Positions 1-15,000 of a stretch of 64,000 nt of DNA are shown here, in pieces. Origin of the DNA: Sarea resinae (taxonomy: Eukaryota). The translations under genes were made by a program, and so were the position numbers. The stretch is taken from positions 186,001-250,000 of the forward strand of contig JAPEUD010000021.1 in assembly GCA_026026165.1 (NCBI GenBank), given 5' to 3'. The notes beneath the pieces are model-generated. The model was not told the origin of the DNA and ran no database searches. It saw nothing but the letters and a program-made list of their open reading frames with translations. Within the stretch, counting starts at the first letter, position 1. The number at the start of each line of letters is the position of its first letter.

Positions 1-11
1 TGTCGGCCACG

Positions 12-3000
12 ATGTGGGGTCTTCTCACTGGCAAGTCGAGCTCGAAGGCCGATGACCGTTCGTCCAAGCCTCCCCGTCGCAAAGCTAGCAGTGTCTCTTC
101 CACTCGCCGACGCTCGGAATCGATAGTCTCGTCGAATGCGACCCGTAAGCCGCCACGGGGTGACGACCGTGCCGGCTACGTGCCTTCGTCAACATCTTTC
201 GCATCCAGCTCCCGTTCGGCTTACCCAAGTACCGCTGCTGCTTCTGTGGCTTCATCATATGCAACAGCTACCAGCAAGAGGCCCGATGAGACGATCTCAA
301 CCCCGGGGTTGGTGAGAAACGCAAGCATGGCGGAGAGGATACCTCAGGCGAGAGATGAACGAGATGCACGATACGGCGACACAAGAGGAACGGAAAGGCG
401 CAGGGATCGGTCAACGAGCCCCGAGTGGCGAGATGATCGTACAGAGCGCCCACGGAGTCGAGATAGAAGCGATTCGACGAAGGAGAAGAAGGAGAAGCGG
501 GACAAAGTGGAAAAGGCGTCATCCAAAGGCCCGAGCTTGAGCAGGTCCAATAGCTATCAACTCGATCATGGAACCAGCAGAGCTGTGCCGTATTCGGCAG
601 ATCCGGAAGCTCGATTCTCTACGCAAGTAGGCAGCTCAGGCTTCACGCAGTTTCCGGGACAGTCCGGTGCGCCGGCCCAAAGCTATCAGCCTCCCACCCC
701 AGCAGCTCAGTTCTCGTCGCACGTCCCGGACCAGTTTCCTGGCCAAGATCCTGGTAACTACGCGTCTCCCTATCGCCCGCCCATTAGCGTTAGTGAAGGA
801 GGTCCCGGTCTGGCCGCGGAGTACTATGGGGACCAAGGACAGTCGGTCGCCAGCCAGCCGGGCTACTCTCCACAAGCCTCTGCAGGTGTTGGGAAGCCTC
901 AATATCCATTTCCTAACGTCTCCAGCGCGAGCCAACAATTTCCTCTGCCAACGGGCGGGATTCAAGCGGTTCCAGGCAATCTGTACGGCGCAGTCGGCTC
1001 CAGCTACAAACCTTCATCAGCAAGTGATCCTGTTCAACCAAGCAAGCCGTCAAAGCCCGCGAAGACGAGCAAGCCGGGCAAGCCAAGCAAAACAAGCAAG
1101 CCAGGCAAGGCGTCGAATGCTAATGCCGTGCTGGGTAGCGCTGCACTCGCAAGTTCCGCAGCAGCAGCCTTTGCGTCAAGCAAACCACAAGCAACACGGC
1201 CCAGTAATTTGAGCAATAATTCGTCGGTCTATCCGGTTGGCCCCAAACCCACAAATGGAAATTACGGTCCGCCTTCGCAGCCAATACGGCCTAATGGCTT
1301 GAGCAATGGCCCATCCGTCTACCCAAACGGACCAAATCCCCCAACTGAAAGCTACCTTCCTTCCTCTGCGATACCTTCAACGTCAGGTGGCCAGTATCAC
1401 TCTATGTCTGTGCCTGTGGTTCCAACGTTAGGGGCAGCGGCTGCTGGCGCGGCGGCTGGTTACCTGGTCGGGAATCATGCATCTCACGAAAGCAGTCAGA
1501 GCTATTCTGAAATGGCGTCCTCTCAATTTCTGCCGACTGCCTCAGCACGGCCACCTCAGAGTTCCGGGGCTGCGTACATATCTGCTACCTCCTCCAATAG
1601 GCCTCCGATTCAAGGTAAGCAACCATCTTCCCATACTAACACGCCTCTTTATGCGGCAGGAGTAGCCGGAGCAGCCGGAGCAGCGGGGTTAGCAGCCGCG
1701 GTGCACAACCAGAACCATCATCCTTCTCATCACTATTCTGCTTCTCCGTACGCTTCAGGGGCCACAATGATGCAACATCGTCAACGTGGTCCTCTTGACA
1801 GATTTATCGACTTTTGGAGGGACAATGAGGGTGTCGCACAATTCGAGGAGTACACTCAGTATATTGGAGTCTGCAAGTACTGCTTTCCACCTGGTAGCAC
1901 ACCTCGTGAGGCGCCACGAAAACATCATTATCGACGACGCGGTTCGAACGAGCGATATGGCAGCAGTACCCGAGTCGACAAGGAGAGCAGGTACTGGTCA
2001 TCCGATGGGGAGAACAGGAGGAAGAAGAAGAAGAACAAGTCATGGCTTGCTTCGGGCGCCACCGGATATGGCCTTGCGAAAGTTGGCCAGTCTCTGTTCA
2101 CGACCGACCATGAAATCAATGAAGCTCATAGCGTGCTATCTGGCCGTGTTGATGAGCGTAGACACTCGTACGCTGGCCGACCTACAAGCCGGTCTCCGGC
2201 ACGTAGAAGTGATACTTCTCGCGGAGTGGTTCGGCGCACAGGTCTTCAAGAGAGGAGTAATGAAATTAGTGAGACTCAAGGGATGCAGCCTCCGCGCTCG
2301 ACCAAACTGTTCAGGGTTCCTTCTCAGGAGCGAGTGGAGACGCGCATTACAGACGACGGATATGTTTACCAGGTTGCAGCTGCCAGCCAGCGTCGCTCCA
2401 GGTCAAGATCTCACGATCGCGACGACGGATTTATTGGGGCTGCTATTGGTACAGCACTGACCTCGTCCATTGCGGAGCAACACCCGCCGAAACACTTGAT
2501 CCCTTCTCCATATCCAGGTGATTCCGTGCAGAGGAAGCGAACCACTGATCAGATATCTCGGCATGGCGCAAATGATATCAAGAGACAAAACCCGGGCAGT
2601 GTGCCGTATTCCGGAGGCTTTCCCACGGCACACGCACGTATTCCCGATGAAGACCTTGCTCCTAGTGCTGGTATCTTTGGCGGGCTATTTACTTCTTCGC
2701 CCGAGAGACGCAAGAAAGCCCGTACCAGGAGAAAGAAGGGCTTTTTTAATTTCGGCAATTCTTCCTCGTCCTCTTCCGATCTAGAGTTAGCTTACGGCGC
2801 TGGCTTCGAAGCAGGCCGTGGGAGCAAGCAACGCCGCACAAGCGAGCGTCGTGCAGGAGATGCAACTGCTGCTAGTCTGGATCTTGGAGCGGCAGCTTTA
2901 CTGGCTGCGAATGCAAGTCGAAAGGAAAGCAAGGGACGATCCGAGCTTATAGCCGTAAAAGAACGCCGAAAGAGAAAGGGCGGCACTAGGTACAAGGATG

Positions 3001-6000
3001 AAAGAGTTTCAGTATCTGAGTCTGAGGAAGATGCCTGGGAGTCTGCATCCGAGGATGATGATGCTTCGAGTGTGGAATCTGGACTTGCTTTTGGGGGTTT
3101 CTACGACAATGGCAAGGGCACAGCCCATGCGAGTCAGGACTCACTAATCTCGCAGTCGTCAGGAACAGGTAAATGGGGATGGCGCTGGGGTAGCAAGCGA
3201 AGGAAGAGTCCATCTCCTAGAAATTCATTCTCGACCACTGAGCAGAAAGCTTCGATTAATTTGCCAGGAATCGAGCCTGCTGGCCCGGTTATAGCTGCTG
3301 ATGTTCTTGCTGACGGATATCGAAACGGGACAAGACAGAGCAGTTCGAGCAGTCTCCCTACGCTTCAGCATGTCTACCCTGTCCCTACGTCTGACCCTTC
3401 CCAGTTTGACGTCACCAGACAAAGTTCAGTCTCATCATTTCAAGCTCGGCCTCTTATGACTTCTCGACCCGAACCTATCCCCCTGCAACAGCCTCAGCCT
3501 GTAGCTCCAGTCTCATCCTCGGTTTATACTAGTCAGGCGCAATACCTACCGACTCGAGCGGCACCTACTGGTCCACCAGTCTTTGCAACGCAATACACTC
3601 AAGCTCCGCGACCAATGCTTGAGGATGGAGGAGAAATGCAGGCTCATTCCACTCAAGCTTCGAAGCCGATAGATCCATTCCAGTTCCAGGTCGAGGATGA
3701 TGCATTTCAAACGTCAGATGTAGTACTCGCTCCTCCAGCTGAAGCTGCTCATTACCCTCCTCCTGCCAACGTTGCTTCAAATAAGGAGTCCACAACAATC
3801 CAAACCCGATCGAGAGACCCTCTTACTTCAATTCAGAAGCCGCGGAAAGAGCAGGCCCAAACGTTGCCCCAATTAGCGAGGTCCGACGCAAGGGAATCCG
3901 CACCCGACAAGAAAAATCGCTCTGAGACAGCTCCAGTATATCGGGACGTTGCAGAGCAGGGCATTGTACAGCAACGGGATCGACCCATTGAGGCTAATTC
4001 TGTGAAGGCTATCAGGGGGTCAGATCGAGGGAACGACCCCCCCAACAGCGATCTGCAAAACCGCGATGCTAAGAAAACCAGAAAAGATAAGAAACGAACC
4101 AGCGATACTCAAACCTTCAAGGGCGTTGCTGAAGTAGCAGGCGTAGCAGCAGCAACCGTCGTTGGTATGGAAGGGCTCTCTCGGGCTGAAGAGCGGCGAG
4201 AAAAGCGGCGCGAGGATCGAAGGAATGAAGCAAAACGGATTATACCACCTACCAATATCCAAGGATCCCAGGACCAGCATCATTTACGAGACGAGATTAA
4301 TACAGAGGCGGAGAGCAAAGATGGGGTAGACGACGGTAGCGCTTCCGACCATGACAATGACGCATTTGTGCGCTCTATTCTGGATAAATATAACGAAGAG
4401 GACAAACCTCTGGGAGCTTATTTTTCAATTCCAGATCTCGTTCCGACCTCCAAAGACAATTCCCAATCTGGAGACCGCAATCAAAACTCTAAAATTGCAT
4501 CCTATGATACTCCACAAATTGTTACGGTTTCCCCACCTGATCCAAGCACTTCCGACCGTCCTGACTACGGCTATTACCCTAATGACGAATTTGTGGATCA
4601 ATCCCATATGACACTGCCCTGGAGCGTTCCTCAGCTCAATCTTATCAAGCCAACTCCTCCGGGTAGCTTAGCTGGATCCACGCAAGGCGACAAATCTGCT
4701 CCTGTCTCGCCCGTTATCGCCGCTTCAAATGAGAATGTTGAAGATCCTACAGTTGAAAAAGCTACCTTTGGGTCGCGAGTGACTTGGGGACAACCAGAAA
4801 CCCGGGAGTACACAGTCGTTACTCCTGAAGGAACCCGAGACGACTCAATTACAAGCGCTAGTCCAAGTCCCCCTCCTGAGCCTCGGAGAAGGGAAAAGGA
4901 AGTTCCAGATTATCAGCCAGTCGCAGAGACAGAAATGCCGAGGAGAAATGACCAGTCGGTCGCTACAGAGGAAGCAGCGACAAAAGAGCCGCAGGACCTC
5001 CCCAGTCATATGCCTGGTGCATTTGGTGATGACCTCGAATTTGCCGCGACTTTGGCCGCAGGCCTCCAAGACAGCGGGTTTTCTCCAGCCATCGTTGTAG
5101 ATGATCCAACGTTTCGACGCCGAGAGTCTCCACCCGGATCTGAAAAGCCAGGCTTCTACCACACTCCATTCGCCGAGACGGTGACAGACCTAGGCCTGGA
5201 CTCTCCTGGGACGGAAGGTGCTCCTCCAATCAAAGGATATGTCGAAGGCGAGATATACGAGGAGCCCATCAATATGCAGGATTCAAAAAATCCTCAGGCC
5301 CAAGAGCCCGAGGGGCGCGAAGAAAGAGTCGAAAAGCGTGAGAAGAAGGCCAAGAGGCGTGAAGAGAAAGCTGAGAGGAGAAAAGACAAAGCTGAGAAGC
5401 GTGACAAGCAGATGGAGGAACCTTTAAGGGGAGTCTCCACTAACAGCGAGGTTCTGGAGCAGAGCCAAACTCCTAATAGAGATGGAGACTACGACCAGGA
5501 TCCGGAACGATTCCATGATGTTGGGCACAGAGACCGTTTTGGTGATGAACGGCCGGATCAAGCTGTAAGACGCGCGGGAGTAGAAGATTATGTCTACCCC
5601 GCTACAGGTCAACTTGACACATCTTTGGACCGCTTCTCTCGAAGCATCGAGCGTGGTGTACAAGATACGAGAGGTCGCAGCTGGAGTCCCGGGCGTCGAC
5701 AGGTAGATGATGACTCTCGCGCACCTATGCATGAACCCTCAATGGAGCAAGAGCAACCCAAATGGAGAACTTCTCGAAGAAGTTCTTCTGCTGGTGACTT
5801 CAAGGATCGCGAAATAAAGTCCGACGTTGGCACGCATGGCACGATAGCCAAGGGCTCTCCTGATAAAGGCAGCTCCAAGAGCAACGTATCTAAACGGCAT
5901 AGTGCAGACTTGACATTTTCTGTACACGAACCCGAACCTGTCGTGTCTATTCCCAGTAACGCTTTTGATGATCTGCAGTTGGCGGATGTCAAGAAACCAA

Positions 6001-9000
6001 AGACCAAGAAGTCCAAGAGGGATAGTGGCAGATTTGATTCATCGAATCCAGGTTCACCATTGCGATCAGAGATCACATGGAGCAATCCTATGCAATATGA
6101 AGACAATTATTCTGGACGAGCCGGTGGATGGAACGATCGCTCTACGACAGAGGATGATATAGCTGTCAACGTACCTTTGCCAGAAGCTAGAACTGATGAA
6201 CTTGAACGCTACTCGCGGTCAGAGTCAGACGACTCTAAGCGAGCAGTAGCAGATTTAGAATCCCCTCTCTCTTCCGAGGACCAGCCATACCGAACGCCTA
6301 CGAAGCAAGGAGCTGAAATAAGCGAGCTTTATGATTCTCCTGAGCGGGACACTCGATCCGTCGTTTCCGAAACGACAAGGGACGACTATGATCGCCAAAA
6401 GAAGTCCAAAGGCCATAAATCTAAGAGGCACAGCGATCGTTACGAATCACCGGACCGAGCTGGATCAGTTGCTGCGTCTGAACCTGGTGGATTGGACTAT
6501 GACGAGTCTCGAAAGTCACGAAGAAAGTCTAAGAGAGACAGCCTAGATTACGAGGAGCCAGCTAGGGGGGTTTCCCGGTCAAGATCGAGTAAGGATGATC
6601 ATGAGGACTCATCGAGATCAAGAAGGAAGTCTAAAAAGGACAGCTCCACTCTTGATGATATTGTGAGCGGGCCGAAAAGCGATTACGAGGAGTCACGAAA
6701 GAAGAAGCATAGGTCGAAGCGTGAAGGCTTGGACTATGATGATGGTGCTTCCGTAGCATCTGTGACTTCTGCGCCTGTCAGAGGTGAGTATGAAGAATCG
6801 CGGAAGTCGAGACGGAAGTCGAAGCGAGACAGCGGAGATTTTGACGACGCTGCTTCGATATCTTCGTCCCCTGCGAAACTAATCGATAAGGATGAGGGAA
6901 AGGAGAGAAAGGAGAAGAGCCGCGGTTTCTTGGGTCTATTCGGCTCACGGAAATCACAAGAAGATCTACCTTCAAGCGGGAAGTCCAAACCGGAAGCTAC
7001 TGAAGCCAGCTTTGAAGACTTTGAGGAGCCCAAGAAGAAACACAAGAAGCACAAGGAGAAGTCACGGGATAGGAACTCCGGAGGGGAAATCTATGACATC
7101 TATAGTAGTGCTGCCCACTCTGTCAGTAATCTCTCTGAGCCAGCGTATTTTCCATCGAAAGAAGACGACGAAAGACGATCCCATAGATCAAAGGATAAGG
7201 AAGGGAAGAGACGAAGTAGGGAAGCACGTTCAGTCGACACAGGTACGATCACCCAAGACCAAATTTCCAAGGTATATACGCCAGCCTCTCCTGGTCGCAT
7301 CAATATCTGCATTGTCTCCTGCTGACCACTATCAGGATCTAAATCTAACATTTTCTAAGCAGCAAGTTGCTGAAACCACAGAAGAAGCGCAAGACTCAGA
7401 ACATTTTACAAGCACTTCTGATAGCCAAGCAACGACGGAAAAAGCTATTGATTCCCTGCCTCCACAACCTGCCCGTTCCACGTCCCCTCACTTTCCTGTC
7501 CTATCAGGATCAGTCTCTCCATCGGCCTCTACATCTATGCCCTTTTCAGCGCCGAACATTCCTGACAATGAATTTCCTTCTCTTTCGCAAAGTGACCCTG
7601 AGCCCGTTCTAGTTGCGGAAAAAGCGCCACAAACGCCTGACAATAAGGATAGCTTGCAAGCAAGGGCCCCACGGCCTGGTTCGCAAGATCTAACGCCAGC
7701 TCCTATAACCGCCAGGCGAAGCTCATCTACCACCATCCCTATTCACTTTAATTTTGGTCGAGTCCCTCCATCACCTGGATCGAGCAGGACGCAGCCATTG
7801 TATTCCTCGCCAGTCGGCTCCCCTCAGTCTCCATTGCCACGGCCTAAATCACGTCACTCGAGGCCTAATTCTACAGAATTCAAGGCCTCGACAGAGTTTC
7901 GTCCGCTGTATCTCGTGGAACGAAACAATTACCGTAGTGAACCCGACCTTGAAGAGCCTTATCCGTCTTTACCGTCAAGCAGAACATCTTCTCAAAGTGG
8001 CTCTCTCTACGACGCCGAGGAAGGCCATGCTCGTCCTGATCTCCAAATAAACACAGCTCAAGAGAGTGATGATCCGGACTACCTAGATTCACAGCACCCT
8101 ACACCAAGAGCAGTATCCTTTCCAGATTCAGTAAAAGACGTTTTCGAACCTTCAAGTCTCGATACATTGATTGCAGAGAAGCAAAACGAGAGCGTGCGGT
8201 CTATCTCGCCCATTGATGATGCTACTTACTCACCCCCTCATTCTCCTGGACGAATTGTCCATAGCCTACACGATTTATTTCCAAAGCATCGTCCTGCAGA
8301 AGAAAACGATCGAGAAGAATCCCCACCTAGAGTGCTTTCCCCACCAGCCAATCAGACCAAGTCCTTGAATCCAGAGCCCGAGTTATTATCTTCATATGCA
8401 GTCCATGGCGCAGCTGTCGTCGGCTTAGCTGGTACTGCAGGCCCAGCCGCTCTCAATGTGCTATCAAAAGGCGAGTCGCAGACTGTAGAGAAGTGGGCTC
8501 CGATTGTTGACCTCCCAGAGGAGGGACTTGCGGAGGACGTTGGCCAAGATTCCGAAAGTCAAAGCGGATTTCAGACTGCCGACGAGTACGATCCTGTAGT
8601 CTTGCCATTAAATACTAAGAAGAAAAAAGCCAAAACCAAGGCGAAGAATCAGGACAAGAATTTCTCTTCCGGACAGTCTTCTATTCAACAAAACACAGGG
8701 CCATCACTCAAACTAGCCGACAAACCAGCCTTGAGCAACGATGAAAAGCGGCAGCTAGCAGAACAGGATGCTCAAGATGCAGTAGATTCCTGGTTTGCTG
8801 ATCCCGTTCCCAAAAACTGGAAAAAGGATAAGGGAAAGAAGAATGGAAGCAAATTCCAGCAATCTTCCGGGTCCTCGAACGCGGCGCAACCAGTGCGCAT
8901 CGGCCAGTCAAAGCTACAAGCTGAATTCGACGAGCGATCACCCGAGCGTGCTCCCACTGTTGTTGCAGAGCAATCGCCCATTGCCAGAGAAGAGGGGAAT

Positions 9001-12000
9001 TTGGTGTCTCCATTCGATGGCTTAGCTGAGCCTCTTAAGGAGCTTTCACAGTCAGGCTACATTCCTGCTGATGAGGGACCTGTATTGCATGTGCCAATTC
9101 GTGATGGTTCTTCAGAGGACCATCTACCTGCAGCTCGAGATGACGAAGCGCCTAGTACAGCGGCTGTTCTCGAGGAAGAGGTGTCGACGTCAAATCCCGA
9201 TGACAAAGATTCTCCTTCGCTTCCCACAACTCAACCAGGCACAGAGGATGAGTCCCAAGGACATCCAGTCAAGTCTAAGAAAGCCAAGGGCAAAAAGAAG
9301 CAAAAGCAGGTTACTTTTAGCGAACCTCTTGCTCAATCTTCTGCCGAAAGCAGAAAGCAAAATACCCAGAAAGGTTCTCCAGCCGATGTTGAGTCAGTCT
9401 CTCCGGACCTAGATCTGGACCAAATGTACGGAGCAACTGGTAATGAAGCCGAAATCAGTTCGCATGGCATCGAGAACACGTCTGGGAATAGGAAGGATAA
9501 GAAAAAGAAGAAGAAGAAGGCACGTGCCAGTTCTTCTGAGCCATTCCCTGAAGATTCTGGTGAGCCACAAGCTATAGTATTTCCCGAAGCTCGAGATTGG
9601 GTTGAGGGATCTTCTGATCAGCCAACCTACTCAGAGCCTTTCGAAGACAGACTACGGGACCTGCATCCTCTTAAGGACGAGACTGACGTCGTCCTGTCCC
9701 AAGGTAATGACGCCGGGGCGCATTTATCCGAAAGCCTTGCAGAATCTACGTCAAACTCAGAGGAGATTACTCCTCGTAAGGGGTCGCCGTCCCGTCAATC
9801 ACCGGCAGACGTTCATGACTCGCTATATGAATCAATTGAGGCAGGTTCAGTGGAAAAACAGTTGGAAGATCCTGGGATTGCAACATCTTCTCCGGAACAA
9901 AAGATCCCTACTGAGGCCGAAGAGGAGATGTTCCAGCCCGCCGGCAAGAAATCAAAGGCAAAGAAAAAGAAGCAGAAGAAGGCAGCAAAGCTCTCGTCAG
10001 CCGAGTCTAATTCTGAACCCTACCTTGACTTCCAGCCGAAAGGCCTAATTGCAACTCCCGCACGGGAGAACGCAGCTTCAATTCCGAAAGCTGAAGATAC
10101 TGGTCTTAGTCAAGAGACTGTCATTGAGCCAACTGTACAAACTTCAGCAGATCAGGCTACTTCAGCGGAAGCACCGAATGAGCTTCCTGTTCAGATCCAG
10201 CCCCAGCCTGCCGTGAATGCTGCCGACACAGAACAATTATACCAGAACGATGATGTCGAAACAGTCGAAGGCTCATCTTCCACATCGAGGGAGCAAATGC
10301 CAGAAGCCGAACGATCGGGCGACATCAACGCTAAATCATTTGGTGTCGACGACCACTCTCTGGAACCACCTGCAGTACCGATACCGTCTGATGAGAAATT
10401 TACGCGATCAGGCGCAGACGAAACCCGGCATGAAGTGAACGACGTCCAGGACGTGCACATTCCTTTATCATACGACCATTCTGCATCGACAGCGCAAGCG
10501 ACAAATGAGATTGAAGGGGAGGTTCCTGCTGCCGAAGCGGACCCGGAGGCGATACCATTGCCGCAAGATATCGACGAAGACCTACTTGATGAATCAGATA
10601 GGGCCATCCCTGAAGATGCTTCTTCTGAAGACGCACATTCTGTTCCGACTCCAAACGTTGCTCCCAAAGTCATCCCGGAAGTCACATCTGCGGGAGAACA
10701 GAGGGAACAGGAGGCGACCTCTGTCTCTCTGCTTGACGAGGCTTGCCCAAGCTCACCTGCGTCAAGTCATACTGTATTAGCGCCTGCGAACGAGGAAATT
10801 GACAAAATTCGTCCGGACATTGAAAACCCTTTACCTGCCCAGACATCCCCTGGAAATATTCAGCCTGCTTCAGATGTAGACCTTGTTACCGCTCCGAGCT
10901 CCGATGCCGTTCGCGCAATTTCGAGCCAAGATCAATTACAAAACGAAGAAGAGGATCTTTGGGCCCTCCCTGCCAAGAAAAAAGGCAAGAAAGCAAAGAA
11001 GCAGAAGTCTAAAGCGTTAAGTCCCCAGTCAGAAGTTTCCGGGTCTCTTGAGGCAGAACAGGTCGCAAGTACTAGCCAAGCCACCGGACCTATAGCTTCT
11101 GAGCTCACAGAGCCAGAAGCTATGACCGACCGAAGCCCAACAATTGAAATTGGAGAAAATGAGGGCATCTCATGGTCTGTTCCATCGAAGAAGAGCAAGA
11201 AATCGAGAAAGCAAAAGAAAGAGATAACTGGACCAGATGTGGGAGGTTCCGAGCCCATATCCACTGAGACTATGCCCAAAGATATTGAAGCAACCAGCAG
11301 TACACCGAAGCAGCCAGAACCAGATGTTGTACCGATATCAGTCGACGCGCCATCACAATCGGCGGAAATTGGCGACTTGCCAGTTCAAGCTTCTCCTCAG
11401 GCGATCTGTGCCGATCCCCCAGAAGAGATCCATGGGGCCTCCTTAATTCCATCCTCTGCATTGGGAAATGGCCAGGAGCCCGATCCGCCCTCTGAATCCT
11501 TACCCTTGGTCGAGCCAGAAATTGCTGGAGCAGTATCCAGCCTTCGAATTCCTGAGATGGCTCAAGATTCGATTAGTAGGGAAGAAAACGCCGACGGGTT
11601 GCAGGGAATTATCCCATTAGAAAGCCCCCAAGCAGTTCAGGAGGCTCCACTCGAGCTTGCTAGCGATACAGCCCAGCCTTGTACTACATCAGAGGACTCG
11701 CCCAGAGAGGCAACCGAAGAGTTTTGGCCATCGTCCCCTTCTTCGAAGAAGAAAAACAAGAAGGCTAAAAAGCAAACGCTGAAACAACCCTTGCCTGCAA
11801 CAGAACTTGAAATTCCCGAAGAGCGTCCGACGATAACGGACGACATTGAAGCAGATGGCGGCTCCGCGGAACGGATGGAAGTAGAAAAGAATTCTTCCTT
11901 GGATCAACCTCGAAATATCTTCCAGGATGACTCACTTCGGACCTCCACAAATCTACCTACCGCTACCAATATCATTGAAAGTCAAGACGAGGAGCCTCTT

Positions 12001-15000
12001 GAAGAATTATGGGCCACCCCTTCAAAGAAGAAGGGAAAGAAGTCGAGGAAGCAGGCACAAGCTTCACCTAAGCCCGAACCAGGACCTTTTGAAGAGCCCC
12101 AGCAAAGTCCTGGAGATATTGGAGTGGAAGGTGGTGCAGCCGAGAATATAAATCCAGATTCAAATGCTCCTTCGGACGCAGATCTAGCCACGAATAGTCC
12201 TTTGGCGCAAGCTGAAGGCGGCGTTCGAGAAGAAACATTTGCTCCCGCTCTCGACCAACAACCCGAGGAACAACCCGAGGAAGCGCCTGAAGCAATGTGG
12301 GCTCCATCTTCAAAGAAGAAAGGGAAGAAGTCAAAAAAGCAGAAGCAAGCTTCCCCTGCTCCAGAGCCTGAGGTCTCTGATGCGCCTCGGCACGTGTCTG
12401 AGGATGATCAAATATTAGATCCTGCCACGGAACGCTCAGATGCAAATATACCCCTCCCCCTGAAACAAGACAATGATATATTACCAGAGGGGTCGGCTAT
12501 TCCTACTCTCGAAATGCCAACGGAAGAGTTACCCCCAAAATCCCCAGAAGAAATTCCTCAGGGTACCTTTCAAGAGGATTCGACTACTCATGCTCCGGAA
12601 AATCAGCCTGAAGAAGTAGCCGAGAAAGAAAATGAAGCATTAATTGAGGACTTGCCGGAAGAAGCGGAAGAGGGAGCACTTGATTGGACTACTTCGTCTA
12701 AAAAGAAAGGAAAGAAGGCTCAAAAGCAAAAGCAAGCTTCCCCTGCTCCAGAGTCTGAGATCTTTAGTGAGCCTACCCCTATCGCAGAGCAGCCTACTTC
12801 CTCGGAGGCCCCAGATGCATTATCAAATAAAGCGTTGGCTCCAGCTCTCGAAAAGCAACCCCAAGAAGACCCGGAGGACGTTTGGGCTGTGCGCTCGAAG
12901 AAGAAGGGAAAGAAGACCAAAAAGCTAAAGCAGAGTCTAACGTCAGGACCTGACCTCTCAACAGAGCCTTCGCCTGTATCCATGGCGGATGAAGCAAGTC
13001 GCAATTCTACATCTCTGGAAGATGTGCCGTTAACTTCAGCTCTCGAATTGCAACCTCAAGAAGAATCCGAAGAACCATGGGCTACTTCGAAGAAAAAAGA
13101 GAAAAAGGCAAAAAAGCAAAAGCAAGATTCTTCTGGCGCGGACACTGAGAAGGTCTCTGAGGAGCCTGAAACGGTTGGGGGTACAACAGAACGTTCAGGC
13201 TCAAGAATACTTGTTCCATCAGAGCAGGCCATAGAGGATACCCCAAGTGGGTCATTCGCACCGACTGTTGAAAGTCAAGATGTGGAAGTGCCTGAAGAGA
13301 CTTGGGCTATATCGTCAAAAAAACAAGGGAGAAAGGCAAGAAAACAGAAGCAAACTTCGCCCAACTCAGGGTCCGAAAATGCCAACCGAGTTCCTTCACA
13401 ATTTGAACTTGATACGGAAGCCAGAAACATAGCAGAGGATACGTCAGATTCGCGCCCTATTCTTCCAGCATCGGCCCAGGAAGACAGCTTAAACAAAGAC
13501 TTAAGTGGACTAGCTTCGCCTATGGCAGAGTCAGAAAGTCAACCTCGAGAGATGAGCGAAGAGGTCTGGGATCCATCCTTGTCGGAAAAGAAAGAGAACC
13601 AGAACAAGAAGAGCACGACTCTCGAAGAGGCATCGTTCCCTTCAAGTCCAACACTCGCAACAAATACAGGTGATCCGATTAGCTCGGCATCCCAGCCAGA
13701 GATGGGTTTCGAATCGGTTTCCACGAAGTCAAAGAAGGAGAAGAAAAAGGACAAAAAGAAGAACAAAAAAATGGCCAAACCTGAACCATCAGAGGAGCCA
13801 GAGGGCTTAGACAATCTCGATGTTAACATGGCAATTGATTCTTGGCAGCCAGATAGCGCTTCTCCATCGTCCTTCCCAGAGACGAGATTATCCCATGCTC
13901 ACCAGAATTTTGAGCCCCAGGAAATGAAGTCCTCGAATACGCAGGTCCAAGGTGCTGAACTCGTTCTGCCAGAACAGAGTTCACTAGACAATGAGAAGCC
14001 AGAGAAGGATTATGGGTCTCAGCCCCCAATTAATGATGGCTCACTTCCAGAACCATATTCGATTGATGAAGAGCCCCTTCCTGTGATAGCAACAGCTTTT
14101 CCAGTAGACCCGGCCGTCTCATCTGAGACGGCTGAAGCTGCGAATGCCCATAGAGAGATTGCGCTATCGCCTGAGGAGACTGCTGGGAAGACCTCAGCAA
14201 ACTTCGAAGATTCTTCCGAATTGCCAAGTTCTGACAGAGCAGCGAACCAAGTTGAGAATGCTACACTCGAGAGCTCTGGTGATTTGCCAGTCTCTGACAA
14301 GGGAATCCATGAGCGGCTCCCCGCTACCGAAGTCGCATCTTCAAGACCAGATTCCGAGTACGTGGTTGACCAACAGTCCACTCTCCCAGGCCCCGTTGAA
14401 TCTCAGGACCTGGATGAAGCTGCTAAGGCACCAGCTTCTGAAAGTGAGCCTGTATTCAGTATCAAAAAAAGCAAAAAGGACAAGAAAAAGGCCAAGAAAG
14501 CAAAGAAAGCACAGGATGAGAATGAAGTTGAAAATTCCGACCAACAACCCATCTCAACATTGGTCGAAGACGTGAGTACCGAGTCAATAGTTCCCATTCA
14601 AGAAGTTTCGATGACTCCAACTGCTATCTCTACACCTGCAGTACAAGACTCTATCCATGGGCGATCAGATTTAGCACCCTCCAGTTTGCCGAGCCCCAGC
14701 GCTATAGATCGGGCTTTCTATGATCGAACTGCGGAAACACAACCGGTATCGCCGTCTGAGCAGAACTCTAAAGAAGAATCTTTGAGCGCTGATAACACCC
14801 ATTTGCCCGTCGATAAAGGAATATCACCCGAGCAAGGCCAAACTGTGCCTCTCGAAAGCACTGCCATCGAACAGGCCGGTTTGGACAATCTGGAGGGATT
14901 AGACCAGTTCGAGCAAAAGCCGATCTCTGAGAATGTAAAGCTAGACAAAACAGTAGCAGAACCAGCTGTTCTTCCAACAAACATCGGCGAAGAAGAAACT

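Noticed and set aside
6892..7335. N-terminal 148 aa of the 4149-aa ORF overlapping the 2437-aa ORF (apparent dual coding or frameshift)
   Set aside because: A canonical intron at 7272-7335 explains the frame change; the overlap is off-frame read-through of purine-rich exon 1.
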